Of a stretch of DNA of 64,000 bases, positions 9,653 through 19,115 are shown one piece after another (the first letter of the stretch is position 1; each line of letters starts with the position of its first letter). A program made the position numbers and the translations under genes. The notes beneath the pieces are model-generated. The model made no database searches, was not told where the DNA came from, and worked only from the letters and a program-made list of their open reading frames with translations. Location of the stretch: positions 49,800 through 113,799 of the forward strand of contig JAZJZK010000027.1 of the NCBI GenBank assembly GCA_040389905.1. The letters are read 5' to 3'. The DNA is from Gemmatimonadota bacterium. Lineage in GTDB: Bacteria > Gemmatimonadota > Gemmatimonadetes > Gemmatimonadales > Gemmatimonadaceae.

Positions 9653-10768
9653 GTGCCCCGCCACATCTACGTCCACGTTCCGTTCTGCGCTCGCCGCTGC
9701 TCGTACTGCGACTTTTCGATCGCCGTGCGACGCGCGGTGCCCGTTGACGAATACCTCGGCGCGCTCGGCGCGGAGCTTCGCACGCGTTTCGGCGAGCCAC
9801 AGGGGCTGGAAGTCGACACGCTCTACTTCGGTGGCGGCACCCCATCGCGCCTCGGCGGCGAGGGCTTGGCGCGCGCTGTTACACTCGTGAGCGAATTCTT
9901 CCGGCCGGCGTCGGGTGCTGAAGTCACCGCGGAAGCCAATCCAGAAGACATCACGCCCGACGCTGTGCGCCGGTGGCGAATGGCGGGCCTCAATCGACTG
10001 TCACTGGGTGCCCAGTCCTTCGATGACCGCGTGTTGGCATGGATGCATCGGACGCATGACGCCACAGCCATCTCGCATGCGGTGCAGACAGCTCGGGATG
10101 GCGGGATCACAAATCTGTCGCTCGATCTCATCTTCGCCCTCCCGGAATCCCTTCAGCGTAACTTTGAAAGTGATGTTCGGCGGTTATTGGAGCTCTCGCC
10201 AGACCATGTTTCACTCTACGGGCTTACCGTCGAGCCGCAGACCGCCTTGGGGAAATGGGTCGCCGACGGAATAACTGTCGAACAGCCGGAAGAAGGGTAC
10301 GAATCGGACTTCCTCCTCGCCAACGAGGCGTTGACCGCCGCCGGCCTGATCCACTACGAAGTATCCAACTACGCGATGCCAAACCGCCGGGCGCGACACA
10401 ATTCCGCATATTGGTCTGGGGCGGCGTACGTGGGGCTCGGCCCCGCCGCACACGGCTTCGATGGCCGCGTAAGGCGTTGGAACGCAAAACATTACGCGGA
10501 ATGGCGCGACCGGGCGGTGTCCGGCCTCGACCCTTTGGCGGGAGAGGAATCGCTCACGGAGGACAACAAGAGCGCCGAAGCGGTGTACCTCGGATTGCGA
10601 TCAGACGCCGGGCTCCCGATCATGCCGGGTGACGAAATCCTGACTGGCCGCTGGCGCGAGGAGGGATGGATTCACCTACCGTCGGATGACCGCATTCGCT
10701 GCACTGCAAGAGGGTGGCTCCGCCTCGATGCGCTCGCCGCCGCCTTGACGCATCACCGAAGTCGTTAG
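9653..10768 (+). CDS. hemW: Radical SAM heme chaperone HemW
   Basis: HIYVHVPFCARRCSYCDF (CxxxCxxC), GGGTPS, HYEVSN, HNSAYW; upstream of hrcA; start GTG 9653 or ATG 9632. Confidence 0.92.
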   Translation: MPRHIYVHVPFCARRCSYCDFSIAVRRAVPVDEYLGALGAELRTRFGEPQGLEVDTLYFGGGTPSRLGGEGLARAVTLVSEFFRPASGAEVTAEANPEDITPDAVRRWRMAGLNRLSLGAQSFDDRVLAWMHRTHDATAISHAVQTARDGGITNLSLDLIFALPESLQRNFESDVRRLLELSPDHVSLYGLTVEPQTALGKWVADGITVEQPEEGYESDFLLANEALTAAGLIHYEVSNYAMPNRRARHNSAYWSGAAYVGLGPAAHGFDGRVRRWNAKHYAEWRDRAVSGLDPLAGEESLTEDNKSAEAVYLGLRSDAGLPIMPGDEILTGRWREEGWIHLPSDDRIRCTARGWLRLDALAAALTHHRSR

Positions 10769-10781
10769 CATATTTACACTT

Positions 10782-11837
10782 ATGGCCACCGCAGACGAGC
10801 TCACGCCACGCGAGCGCCGCGTCCTCAATGCGGTCATTCAGACATACGTGCAAACCGCTGAACCCGCCGGCTCGCGCATCCTGTCTCGACGGTTCAGCCT
10901 GGGTGTCTCTCCGGCCACCATTCGGAACACCATGAGCGACCTCGAGGAAAAGGGGTTTCTCATGCATCCGCATACGTCAGCCGGCCGCGTCCCCACGGAC
11001 AAGGCCTACCGGACCTATGTGGACTCGTTGCTCACCGCGCCGCCGGAAACGATCGTTGCGGCTGAGCGCGAACGGCTTCAGGCCGAGATCTCGTCCAGCA
11101 ATTCCACGATCGACACCATTCTTCGACGCGCGGCGCAATCGCTGGGCGTTTTGACGCAGGAACTCGGCGTGGCGCTCGGACCGCGGCTCGACGCGAGCGT
11201 TCTCCGCTCGCTCGAATTGGTTCGCGTCGGCGGCGAGCGCTTGTTGCTCGTCCTCACGCTCGACGGCGGTGTCGTGCGCACGGTGTTCGTCGAAGTCCGA
11301 GGAACGCTCGCGGACTCCGCCGTAACTGAAGTCACGCGCGTGCTCAACGAGCGACTCGCTGGGCACACGCTGCGGGCACTCCGCGCCTCGGTTGGGGAGC
11401 GGCTTCGCGATTCCGCCACCATGCCGGAGGCCGAGGAGCTCCTGAATGTGTTCGTGCAGGAAGGCGAGCAGTTGCTCGATTCCGCGTTGCCCATCAGTGA
11501 AGGCGTCATCGTGGGACAGGCGAGCGTGCTGGCTGCGCAGCCGGAATTCGGTGGGGCGGAGAACTTACGGCGGCTTTTGACGCTTACTGAAGAGCCGGCG
11601 CGCCTCGCCGATGCCTTGCGTCGCACCCACGAAGGGCGGGAGCGCCCCGGGGTGAGCATCACCATCGGCGGCGAGCACGGCGATCCGCGCCTCGAACAAT
11701 TCACGGTCGTGACGGCGGAGTATCATGCCGGTGCGCTCGCCGGAATTATCGGGGTGATCGGGCCGACGCGCATGCCGTACGAGAAGGTCATATCGCTTGT
11801 GCAGCACACGTCTCGTCTCTTGTCCGACCTGTTGTAG
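10782..11837 (+). CDS. hrcA: Heat-inducible repressor HrcA
   Basis: SPATIRNTMSDLEE, HTSAGRVPT, GVIGPTRMPY. Confidence 0.95.
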   Translation: MATADELTPRERRVLNAVIQTYVQTAEPAGSRILSRRFSLGVSPATIRNTMSDLEEKGFLMHPHTSAGRVPTDKAYRTYVDSLLTAPPETIVAAERERLQAEISSSNSTIDTILRRAAQSLGVLTQELGVALGPRLDASVLRSLELVRVGGERLLLVLTLDGGVVRTVFVEVRGTLADSAVTEVTRVLNERLAGHTLRALRASVGERLRDSATMPEAEELLNVFVQEGEQLLDSALPISEGVIVGQASVLAAQPEFGGAENLRRLLTLTEEPARLADALRRTHEGRERPGVSITIGGEHGDPRLEQFTVVTAEYHAGALAGIIGVIGPTRMPYEKVISLVQHTSRLLSDLL

Positions 11838-11848
11838 CTTCTACCTGT

Positions 11849-11889
11849 TGTCACCCCGGGCGAGCGAAGCTTTGTCCAGGGGTCTGCAC
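11849..11889 (+). repeat. Family A arm
   Basis: TGTCACCCCGGGCGAGCGAAG...GGGGTCTGCAC between hrcA and dnaJ. Confidence 0.7.
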
Positions 11890-11935
11890 TTTCCGAAGTA
11901 CACGCTTTACCTGCATCGCGAGTTTTTGAGAGACC

Positions 11936-13063
11936 ATGGCCGATTTCTACGCAGTCCTCGGTGTCGAACGGAGTGCCGCCGACGACGAGATCAAGAAAGC
12001 ATACCGAAAGCTTGCGATGGCCTACCATCCCGACAGGAATGGCGGCTCGAAGGAGGCTGAGGAGAAGTTCAAGGAGATTACCGAGGCATACGACGTGCTC
12101 CGCGATCCGCAAAAGCGCGCCACGTTCGATCGGTATGGCGAGGCGGGTCTACGCCGCGGTGGCGCGGACTTCCATCACGTCGACCTCTCGGAAGCACTCG
12201 GCATTTTCATGCGGGATTTCGGCGGGATGGGCGGACTCGAGGACCTGTTCGGCGGGCGCGGGGGCAGCAACCAGCGCAGTGGAATGGACGTCAAGATCAC
12301 CCTGCCGCTCACGCTCGTGGAAGTCGCCACCGGTGTCGACAAGGAGATCAAGCTCAAGGTTCTCGACTCCTGCGAGGCCTGCAAAGGCAGCGGCGCGGAA
12401 CCCGGAACGAAATCCGCGCCCTGCGCGACGTGCGCGGGTCACGGTGAGGTTCGGCGGGCGCAGCGCTCGTTCTTCGGCCAGTTCGTCACGGTCGCGCCAT
12501 GCCCTGCGTGCAAGGGCGAGGGGCAGGTGATCGAGACACCGTGCAGAAAGTGCCGAGGCGAAGGTCGCGTGCGTGGCGACAAGTCGATCAAGGTTTCCGT
12601 TCCCGCAGGAGTCGCGACCGGTCAGTACATGACGCTGCGCGGTGTTGGCAATGCCGGCACACGGAATGGAGAGCGTGGCGATGTGCATGTCGTCTTCGAC
12701 GTCGCCGAGGATCCGCGATTCGAGCGCGAAGGCGAAGACCTGTACACCGAAGTTCTCCTCACCTATCCACAGCTCGTTTTCGGTGCGACGGTCGAGGTGC
12801 CGACGGCCACGAGCGCGGTCGCGCTCAGTGTTCCGCCGGCGACCCAGAGTGGTCAGGTGTTCCACCTGCGTGGTCGCGGTCTCTCGCGTGTGAACGCGGC
12901 CGGGACGGGCGATCTCCACGTGCGCGTCCAGCTTTGGACGCCGGACAAGATGAGCGACGAAGAGAAGCGCTTGCTCGGTCGGCTCGGCGAGATTCAGGGG
13001 GCCGTTCCCACCGACCGCGGCAAAGGTCTGTGGGCGAAGATGCGCGAAGCGCTCGGCGCATGA
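11936..13063 (+). CDS. dnaJ: Chaperone DnaJ
   Basis: J domain with HPD, four CxxCxGxG repeats. Confidence 0.97.
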   Translation: MADFYAVLGVERSAADDEIKKAYRKLAMAYHPDRNGGSKEAEEKFKEITEAYDVLRDPQKRATFDRYGEAGLRRGGADFHHVDLSEALGIFMRDFGGMGGLEDLFGGRGGSNQRSGMDVKITLPLTLVEVATGVDKEIKLKVLDSCEACKGSGAEPGTKSAPCATCAGHGEVRRAQRSFFGQFVTVAPCPACKGEGQVIETPCRKCRGEGRVRGDKSIKVSVPAGVATGQYMTLRGVGNAGTRNGERGDVHVVFDVAEDPRFEREGEDLYTEVLLTYPQLVFGATVEVPTATSAVALSVPPATQSGQVFHLRGRGLSRVNAAGTGDLHVRVQLWTPDKMSDEEKRLLGRLGEIQGAVPTDRGKGLWAKMREALGA

Positions 13064-13881
13064 CCTGGCTCTCAGTTCGCGTTCGTCCCGGAGCGTTTCG
13101 CGACCGGGCGCTCGCGGCGTTGTTCGGCGCCGGCTCGGAAGGGGTCCACGAGGCAGGTGACGAGCTCGTCACGCACTTTCCCGGCGAGACCGACGCGGAG
13201 TATGTGACGTCGCTCGTCCTCGAGGCCGATCCGGACGCGCAGGTCGACGCGTCACTGGTGCCCGCGGTCGACTGGACGCAGGAGTGGAAGAAGGGCGTCG
13301 GCGCGCATGACCTCGGAGCGCTTGCGATTGTGCCTCCGTGGCTCGCGGCAGGGCGCGATCCCGCTCGCACGATCGTGATCGAACCGCAGATGGCGTTCGG
13401 CACAGGTGAGCACGAGACAACCCGCGGCGTCGTCCGCCTCCTGCCCGATATCATTCGCGTCGGGGATCGTGTGGCCGATCTCGGCAGCGGGAGCGCAGTC
13501 CTTTCCATCGGCGCGGCCAAGCTCGGCGCACGACACGTGAGCGCCATCGAAATCGATCACGACTCGATCGCCAACGCCCACGAGAACGTTGCACGCAATG
13601 GCGTGGCAGACCGCGTGTCGATTCTCGAGGGAGACGCCACGATTCTGTTGCCGCTGATTGCGCCTTTCCGTGTGATTCTCGCGAACATCATTTCGTCGGT
13701 GCTCACCGAACTGACGCCGGCGATCGTCGCGTCGCTCACCGTGGACGGCGTAGTCGTACTCAGTGGAATCCTTGGCGAGGAGCGCGAGATGATGATCGGC
13801 GTGGCCAACGCGAACGGGCTGTCGCTGGTGTCCGAAGACGCCGAGGGGCTGTGGTGGAGCGCGAGCTTCAGGCGCACATAG
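13060..13881 (+). CDS. prmA: Ribosomal protein L11 methyltransferase
   Basis: [27 protein letters not shown] overlap with dnaJ. Confidence 0.92.
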   Translation: MTWLSVRVRPGAFRDRALAALFGAGSEGVHEAGDELVTHFPGETDAEYVTSLVLEADPDAQVDASLVPAVDWTQEWKKGVGAHDLGALAIVPPWLAAGRDPARTIVIEPQMAFGTGEHETTRGVVRLLPDIIRVGDRVADLGSGSAVLSIGAAKLGARHVSAIEIDHDSIANAHENVARNGVADRVSILEGDATILLPLIAPFRVILANIISSVLTELTPAIVASLTVDGVVVLSGILGEEREMMIGVANANGLSLVSEDAEGLWWSASFRRT

Positions 13882-14594
13882 CGACGTACTACGCGCCGGG
13901 CGCGTGGGGCGATCGCGTCGAACTCGCCGAGAGCGCCGCGCATCATGCGACTGTGAAGCGCGCGAGTGTCGGCGATGCCGTGGGTCTCTCGAGCGGAGAC
14001 GGTCGACTCGCGGTCGGCGTAATTGCGGAGTTGAGCAAGAAGCGTCTCGTGATTGCCGTCGATCCGAACACGGTCGAACGCATTGCTGCGCCGCCGCGCG
14101 TCGAGCTCTGGGCGCCAGTTGGTGACCGCGACCGCATGCTGTTGCTCGCGGAGAAGACGGTGGAGCTGGGCGTGAGTGTCTGGCAGCCCGTCGTGTACGC
14201 ACGATCGCGTTCTGTCGTGCCGCGTGGCGAGGGTGAATCGTTTCGCGAGAAGGTGCGATCGCGCCAGGTGAGTGCGCTGGAACAGAGCGGAAGTGCGTGG
14301 CTCCCGGAGTCCTTCGCAGAGTCTCCCTTCGGGGACCGCATCGCCGCAGACGCGGCGGGAGCTGGCGCATCTCGTCTTCTGCTTGACGCGCAGGGTCCAT
14401 CGATCGTGGAGCTGCTTCCCGCACTGCATGCTCCTGTACGAATTGCCCTCGGTCCCGAGGGCGGGTTGGAGGAGGAGGAGCGCGAACGTTTTCTGCAAGC
14501 GGGCTGGCAAACCGTGTCGCTGGGTGCGAATGTCCTGCGCTTCGAGACAGCGGGCATCGCAGCGGTTGCCATGGTCCGTTCACATCTACGCTGA
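13851..14594 (+). CDS. rsmE: 16S rRNA m3U1498 methyltransferase
   Basis: EKTVELGV, ALEQS, GPEGG, LGANVLRFETA. Confidence 0.92.
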   Translation: MVERELQAHIATYYAPGAWGDRVELAESAAHHATVKRASVGDAVGLSSGDGRLAVGVIAELSKKRLVIAVDPNTVERIAAPPRVELWAPVGDRDRMLLLAEKTVELGVSVWQPVVYARSRSVVPRGEGESFREKVRSRQVSALEQSGSAWLPESFAESPFGDRIAADAAGAGASRLLLDAQGPSIVELLPALHAPVRIALGPEGGLEEEERERFLQAGWQTVSLGANVLRFETAGIAAVAMVRSHLR

Positions 14595-14604
14595 CCGAGT
14601 CATC

Positions 14605-14946
14605 ATGTCCGACAGTTGTCTCTTCTGCCGAATCGCCCGCAAGGAAATTCCAGCCGCCATCGTGATGGAGAATGATCATGTCGTGGCGTTCAGGGATATC
14701 GATCCGAAAGCGCCGACGCACGTGCTCATCGTACCGCGCACGCACATCGCGACGTTGAGTGACGCAACCGATCCCGGTGTGCTCGGGGAACTCATGCTGG
14801 CGGCGGCGAGCGTTGCGCGGATGGAGGGGATTGACGCCGGCGGCTATCGCGCTGTCGTGAACTCCGGCGCGGACGCCGGGCAGACCGTCTTTCACGTGCA
14901 CGTGCACGTACTCGGCGGCCGCAAGCTCGCCTGGCCGCCCGGTTAG
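14605..14946 (+). CDS. HIT family nucleotide-binding protein
   Basis: CLFC, GQTVFHVHVHVLGG, WPPG. Confidence 0.93.
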   Translation: MSDSCLFCRIARKEIPAAIVMENDHVVAFRDIDPKAPTHVLIVPRTHIATLSDATDPGVLGELMLAAASVARMEGIDAGGYRAVVNSGADAGQTVFHVHVHVLGGRKLAWPPG

Positions 14947-14957
14947 CGGGACCAAGG

Positions 14958-16238
14958 GTGTTGACGTCAGGCGTATTCGAACGACACCGATTCGTCACTG
15001 GATTTACGATCGCCGCGTGCATCATTCTGGTTACCGATCTCGGCGTCGGTAGCCTTCGCTACTCTCGGCCACCCGCGCCTGTCCCCGCCGGCGTGCCGCA
15101 TGAGCAATCGTATCGACGCGCGAATCCGAGGTATCACCATGACCTGATTCCGCTCATCAGCGAGGACTCAGCGCAGTGGGGACCGATCCGTTATCGCGTT
15201 CGGACGAACTCGCTCGGGTTCAAGGACGCCGTTGCGCGTCAGGTCGTCGCCGACACCGCGCGCCCGATGGTGCTGCTGCTCGGTGACTCGTTCACCGAAG
15301 GAATCGGCGTGGAGTTCGAGGCGACCTTTGCGGGACGGCTCGCGTCGCTCGGCCGACAGGTGAAACTGGATGTTCTGAACGGCGCCGTAGCGTCCTATGC
15401 GCCCTCGATCTACTGGCGAAAGGTGGTCGACCTGCTCGATCGCCGGCACGTTGGCTTCGCGGAGGTCGTCGTCTTCATCGATATCTCCGACGTGCCGGAT
15501 GAAACGGAATACTTCGTGGATTCGGATACGAATGTGCAATCGCATTGGCCGATGAGTGTCGCGGGTCCGATGGTCCCCGCGCACCCCGCGGCGGAGGGGG
15601 GATGGGCGCGCACGGTGACCTGGCTGCGGCGACATTCATTCGCGCTCTACTCCGCCGCAGCGATCGCGAAGACGAGTCTTGGCAGCGGCCGTCTCTCCGC
15701 GACGTTGCCGGCGTCCAGCGGTACCGCGCCGCATCCGTGCGTCATCCCGGTCTCGCATTCGGACAGCTATTGTCGATCGGCGTGGGCCTTCGACACGGCC
15801 GCGATGACGTCGTTTGGCGACGCCGGGCTCGCGAACGCGACGCGGCATATGAGCGCCCTCGCCGGGGATCTGCGCCGAAGGAGCATTCCACTCACGATCG
15901 TGGTCTATCCCTGGAGGCAACTCATCGTCGAACGCGGGCGGCGTTCTATCGCGTCTTCACGGTGGCGAGAGTGGGCTGCCACCGAACGCGTCAATTTTCT
16001 CGATCTCTTTCCTGCGTTCTTTGCCCTCGCAGATGCGGAGGGAGATGCGGCCGCGACCGACAGCTTGGGCATTCGCGGCGATATTCATTGGAACGAGCGC
16101 GGACATGCATTCGTCGAGAAGGCGTTCTTGACCGCATACTGCTCGGCGTCGGCCGAGCCCGGCTTCGGCGTGCGGCCGTTGGCGCGCGTCTGCCGTACGC
16201 CGCCCGTGCGCGATGCGCCCCGCGTTCCAGAGCGGTAG
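14958..16238 (+). CDS. Membrane-anchored SGNH/GDSL hydrolase-like protein
   Basis: N-terminal TM, TNSLGFKD, LLGDSFTEG, LNGAVASY, DIHWNERGH. Confidence 0.72.
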   Translation: MLTSGVFERHRFVTGFTIAACIILVTDLGVGSLRYSRPPAPVPAGVPHEQSYRRANPRYHHDLIPLISEDSAQWGPIRYRVRTNSLGFKDAVARQVVADTARPMVLLLGDSFTEGIGVEFEATFAGRLASLGRQVKLDVLNGAVASYAPSIYWRKVVDLLDRRHVGFAEVVVFIDISDVPDETEYFVDSDTNVQSHWPMSVAGPMVPAHPAAEGGWARTVTWLRRHSFALYSAAAIAKTSLGSGRLSATLPASSGTAPHPCVIPVSHSDSYCRSAWAFDTAAMTSFGDAGLANATRHMSALAGDLRRRSIPLTIVVYPWRQLIVERGRRSIASSRWREWAATERVNFLDLFPAFFALADAEGDAAATDSLGIRGDIHWNERGHAFVEKAFLTAYCSASAEPGFGVRPLARVCRTPPVRDAPRVPER

Positions 16239-16264
16239 ATTTCAAGACTACACTCTGAACTACC

Positions 16265-16702
16265 ATGCCACTTTTCGATACGCTCCAATCCGATCTCAAC
16301 GCCGCGCGGAAGGCGCAGGACAAGCCGCGCGTGCTTGTGCTGGGCACGATCTTCTCCGACGCGAAGAACAGGAAGATCGAACTGCGCCGCGACCTCACCG
16401 ACGACGAGGTCATCGACGTCCTGCGAAAGGGGATCAAGCGCCGCCGCGAGTCCATCGAGATGTATGCCGGCAAGCGCGACGATCTCGCCGATAAGGAGCG
16501 CGCCGAAGTCTCCATTCTCGAGGCATATCTGCCCGCCTCCGTGAGCGATGACGAGTTGCGCGCGGCGGTTCGTGCCGCCATCGCCGGCGGTGCGACGCAG
16601 ATTGGTGCCGTCATGGGCAAGGTTCTCCCGCAGTTCAAGGGACGCGCCGAAGGCAGCACGATCAACGCGATCGCGCGCGAGGAACTGAGCAAGCAGGGAT
16701 GA
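16265..16702 (+). CDS. yqeY: GatB/YqeY domain protein
   Basis: IKRRRESIEMY, EVSILEAYLP, GAVMGKV. Confidence 0.9.
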   Translation: MPLFDTLQSDLNAARKAQDKPRVLVLGTIFSDAKNRKIELRRDLTDDEVIDVLRKGIKRRRESIEMYAGKRDDLADKERAEVSILEAYLPASVSDDELRAAVRAAIAGGATQIGAVMGKVLPQFKGRAEGSTINAIAREELSKQG

Positions 16703-16712
16703 CGGCAGTGCG

Positions 16713-19115
16713 ATGAACACGCACGCCCTTGGTATCCTCGAGTTTCCGCGCCTGCTGGAGCTCGTGGCGGAGCGCGCCGCTTCTGCACCGGGAGCAGCGC
16801 GTGTTCGTGCGCTCACGCCCTCCGCAGACATCGGCTGGCTGGAGGCAGAACATCGTCGCGTCGCGGCGGTGCGTTCACTCCTCGGAAGTGATCCCCCCTG
16901 GCGGCCAGAACCGGTTCCTGAGCTGGCTGGCCCGATCCAGCGGCTGCGCGTCATCGGCAGTGTGTGGAATGGACTCGAGCTGCTGGCTGGCGGCGTTTTG
17001 TTGCGGTCGGCACGCCGGACGCGCGAAGCTCTGCGGGACGAACGTCGCCCAGCGCTCATCCGGGCCGTGCTCGGCGGCTTTGCCGAGCGCATGATCGTCG
17101 CGAAGGCGCAGGAAGACGAGATCGAGCGCGCGCTTGGCGAGGACGGCCTGCTCAAGGATGACGCGTCACCGGTTCTGCGACGCATTCGTCGTGAGTTGCG
17201 GGCGTCGCACGGTGAGCTGATCCGCATTCTTGAGCGAGCAATGAGCGGGCTCGAGGCACATCACCGCGCGCCGGATATGTCCGTGACCGTGCGCGAGGGC
17301 CGGTACGTCATTCCAGTGCGCCGCGAGGGCGTGAAGGGGCTCGGCGGCATCGTGCACGGCACCTCGAGCAGTGGCGGGATGATGTTCGTCGAACCACCCG
17401 CGGCGATCGAGTACGGCAACCGCATTCGGGAGCTCGAAGCGGAAGAGCAGGAGGAAGTCGAGCGTATTCTCGCCGAACTCACCGATCATATCCGTCCGCA
17501 CCGCGAAGGTCTGGCGGACTCGCTCGACGCGTTGGCCGAGCTGGATTCGCTGCACGCGCGTGCGCGCTACGCAATCCAGTTCGAGTGCACGCCCGCCGAT
17601 CTTGTTCCTGCGCGTAGTGGCTTCGCGATTCGCGATGGCCGGCATCCGTTGTTGCTAGCCAAGGGTATCAATGTCGTTCCCTTCGATTTGGCGATTCTCC
17701 CGGGCGAGCGGACGCTACTCGTGTCCGGGCCGAACACCGGTGGCAAGACGGTGCTGTTGAAGGCGATCGGACTGGTTTCCATGATGGCGCAGGCGGGGAT
17801 TCCGGCGCCGGTGGGAGCGGAGAGCAGCATTCCCGTGTTCGACGACGTGCTTGCCGACATCGGTGACGAACAGTCGATCGAGGCGAGTCTCTCCACATTT
17901 TCCGCGCACCTCAAGAACCTCTCGGAGATCCTTCGACTGGCGACATCCGACTCCCTCGTCCTCATCGACGAGCTTGGGTCGGGCACCGATCCGCAGGAGG
18001 GTGCTGCGCTCGGCTGGGCGATTCTGGAAACGCTGACGGCTCGTGGAACGACGACACTCGCGTCGACACATCTCGGTCAACTCAAGGAGCTCGCGTCGCA
18101 GGTCGACGGTGTCGTGAACGCGTCACTGCAATTCGACGCGGTGCAACTGGCACCGACCTACCGGCTCATCAAGGGCATACCCGGGCGATCGTACGGCATC
18201 AGCATTGCGCGCCGGCTGAATCTTCCTGCGGACGTCGTCGCCCGCGCCGAGGAGCGGCTACCCCAGGGTGAGCGCGACATGGCGGCGCTCATCGAACGGC
18301 TCGAGAGGAAAGAGGAGGAGCTCTCAGCGCGCGAGCGCGAAGCGGCGCTCATCGCCGACGATGCCCGTAATCGCATCGCGATGGTCGTCAAACGCGAGCA
18401 CAACGTGCGCGACCGCGAGCGCACAGTGGAGAAAACGAGTCGGCAGGAAGCGCGAAAATACGTACTCGAAGCGCGTGCCGAGATCGACCGCACGATCAAG
18501 GAGTTGAAGAAGAAGGGTGCGGAGGCCGCCGACGGTGCGATCGACGAAATGGGTCGAGAGGCGCGTCGCAAGGCGGAGGAGATGGCCGCGCGGCAGGCGA
18601 ACGTGTTGGAACGCCTCGACAAGGAGGAGCGGTCCGTCCAGCGCAAGCGTGGGACGGTGGCGCCCTCCGAGCGAAAGCCGATCGCCGTTGGCGACATGGT
18701 TGAAGTGGGAACGCTCGGCGGAAAGCTGGGCCGGGTGCTCGAGCTCCGCGGCACGGACGCGCACATCGTCGTCGGCTCGATGAAGCTGACGGTGAAGTTG
18801 TCCACGCTGAGGAAGAGCGATCAGGCGCCGGAAGTTGCCGTCAGCTATATCGGCGACGCGCCTGAGGTGCACGTGAATACGGAGGTCAACCTCCTCGGAA
18901 TGCGGGCCGATGAAGCAGAGGGGATGGTGCTGCAGGCCCTCGACGGAGCCATCCGCGCCGACCTGAAGAGCCTCCGCATCATTCACGGGAAGGGAACCGG
19001 CGCGCTGCGCCAGGTCGTGGATGAGATGCTGCGCAAGGACACGCGCGTTCGCGAGTTTCGCATGGCCGGCTGGAATGAGGGCGGCGCCGGCGTGACGATC
19101 GCGGTGTTTGCGTGA
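16713..19115 (+). CDS. mutS2: Endonuclease MutS2
   Basis: SGPNTGGKT, LSTFSAH, DELGSGTDP, C-terminal Smr IIHGKGTG. Confidence 0.95.
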   Translation: MNTHALGILEFPRLLELVAERAASAPGAARVRALTPSADIGWLEAEHRRVAAVRSLLGSDPPWRPEPVPELAGPIQRLRVIGSVWNGLELLAGGVLLRSARRTREALRDERRPALIRAVLGGFAERMIVAKAQEDEIERALGEDGLLKDDASPVLRRIRRELRASHGELIRILERAMSGLEAHHRAPDMSVTVREGRYVIPVRREGVKGLGGIVHGTSSSGGMMFVEPPAAIEYGNRIRELEAEEQEEVERILAELTDHIRPHREGLADSLDALAELDSLHARARYAIQFECTPADLVPARSGFAIRDGRHPLLLAKGINVVPFDLAILPGERTLLVSGPNTGGKTVLLKAIGLVSMMAQAGIPAPVGAESSIPVFDDVLADIGDEQSIEASLSTFSAHLKNLSEILRLATSDSLVLIDELGSGTDPQEGAALGWAILETLTARGTTTLASTHLGQLKELASQVDGVVNASLQFDAVQLAPTYRLIKGIPGRSYGISIARRLNLPADVVARAEERLPQGERDMAALIERLERKEEELSAREREAALIADDARNRIAMVVKREHNVRDRERTVEKTSRQEARKYVLEARAEIDRTIKELKKKGAEAADGAIDEMGREARRKAEEMAARQANVLERLDKEERSVQRKRGTVAPSERKPIAVGDMVEVGTLGGKLGRVLELRGTDAHIVVGSMKLTVKLSTLRKSDQAPEVAVSYIGDAPEVHVNTEVNLLGMRADEAEGMVLQALDGAIRADLKSLRIIHGKGTGALRQVVDEMLRKDTRVREFRMAGWNEGGAGVTIAVFA

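Noticed and set aside
10760..10790. CIRCE element before hrcA
   Set aside because: Only TTAGCA is present; there is no GAGTGCTAA half. None was seen before hemW or dnaJ either.
13252..14955. Long antisense ORFs (also 34443-36041, 50715-52511, 2113-3594, 43327-44700)
   Set aside because: Shadow frames of well-supported genes in GC-rich DNA, with no motifs.
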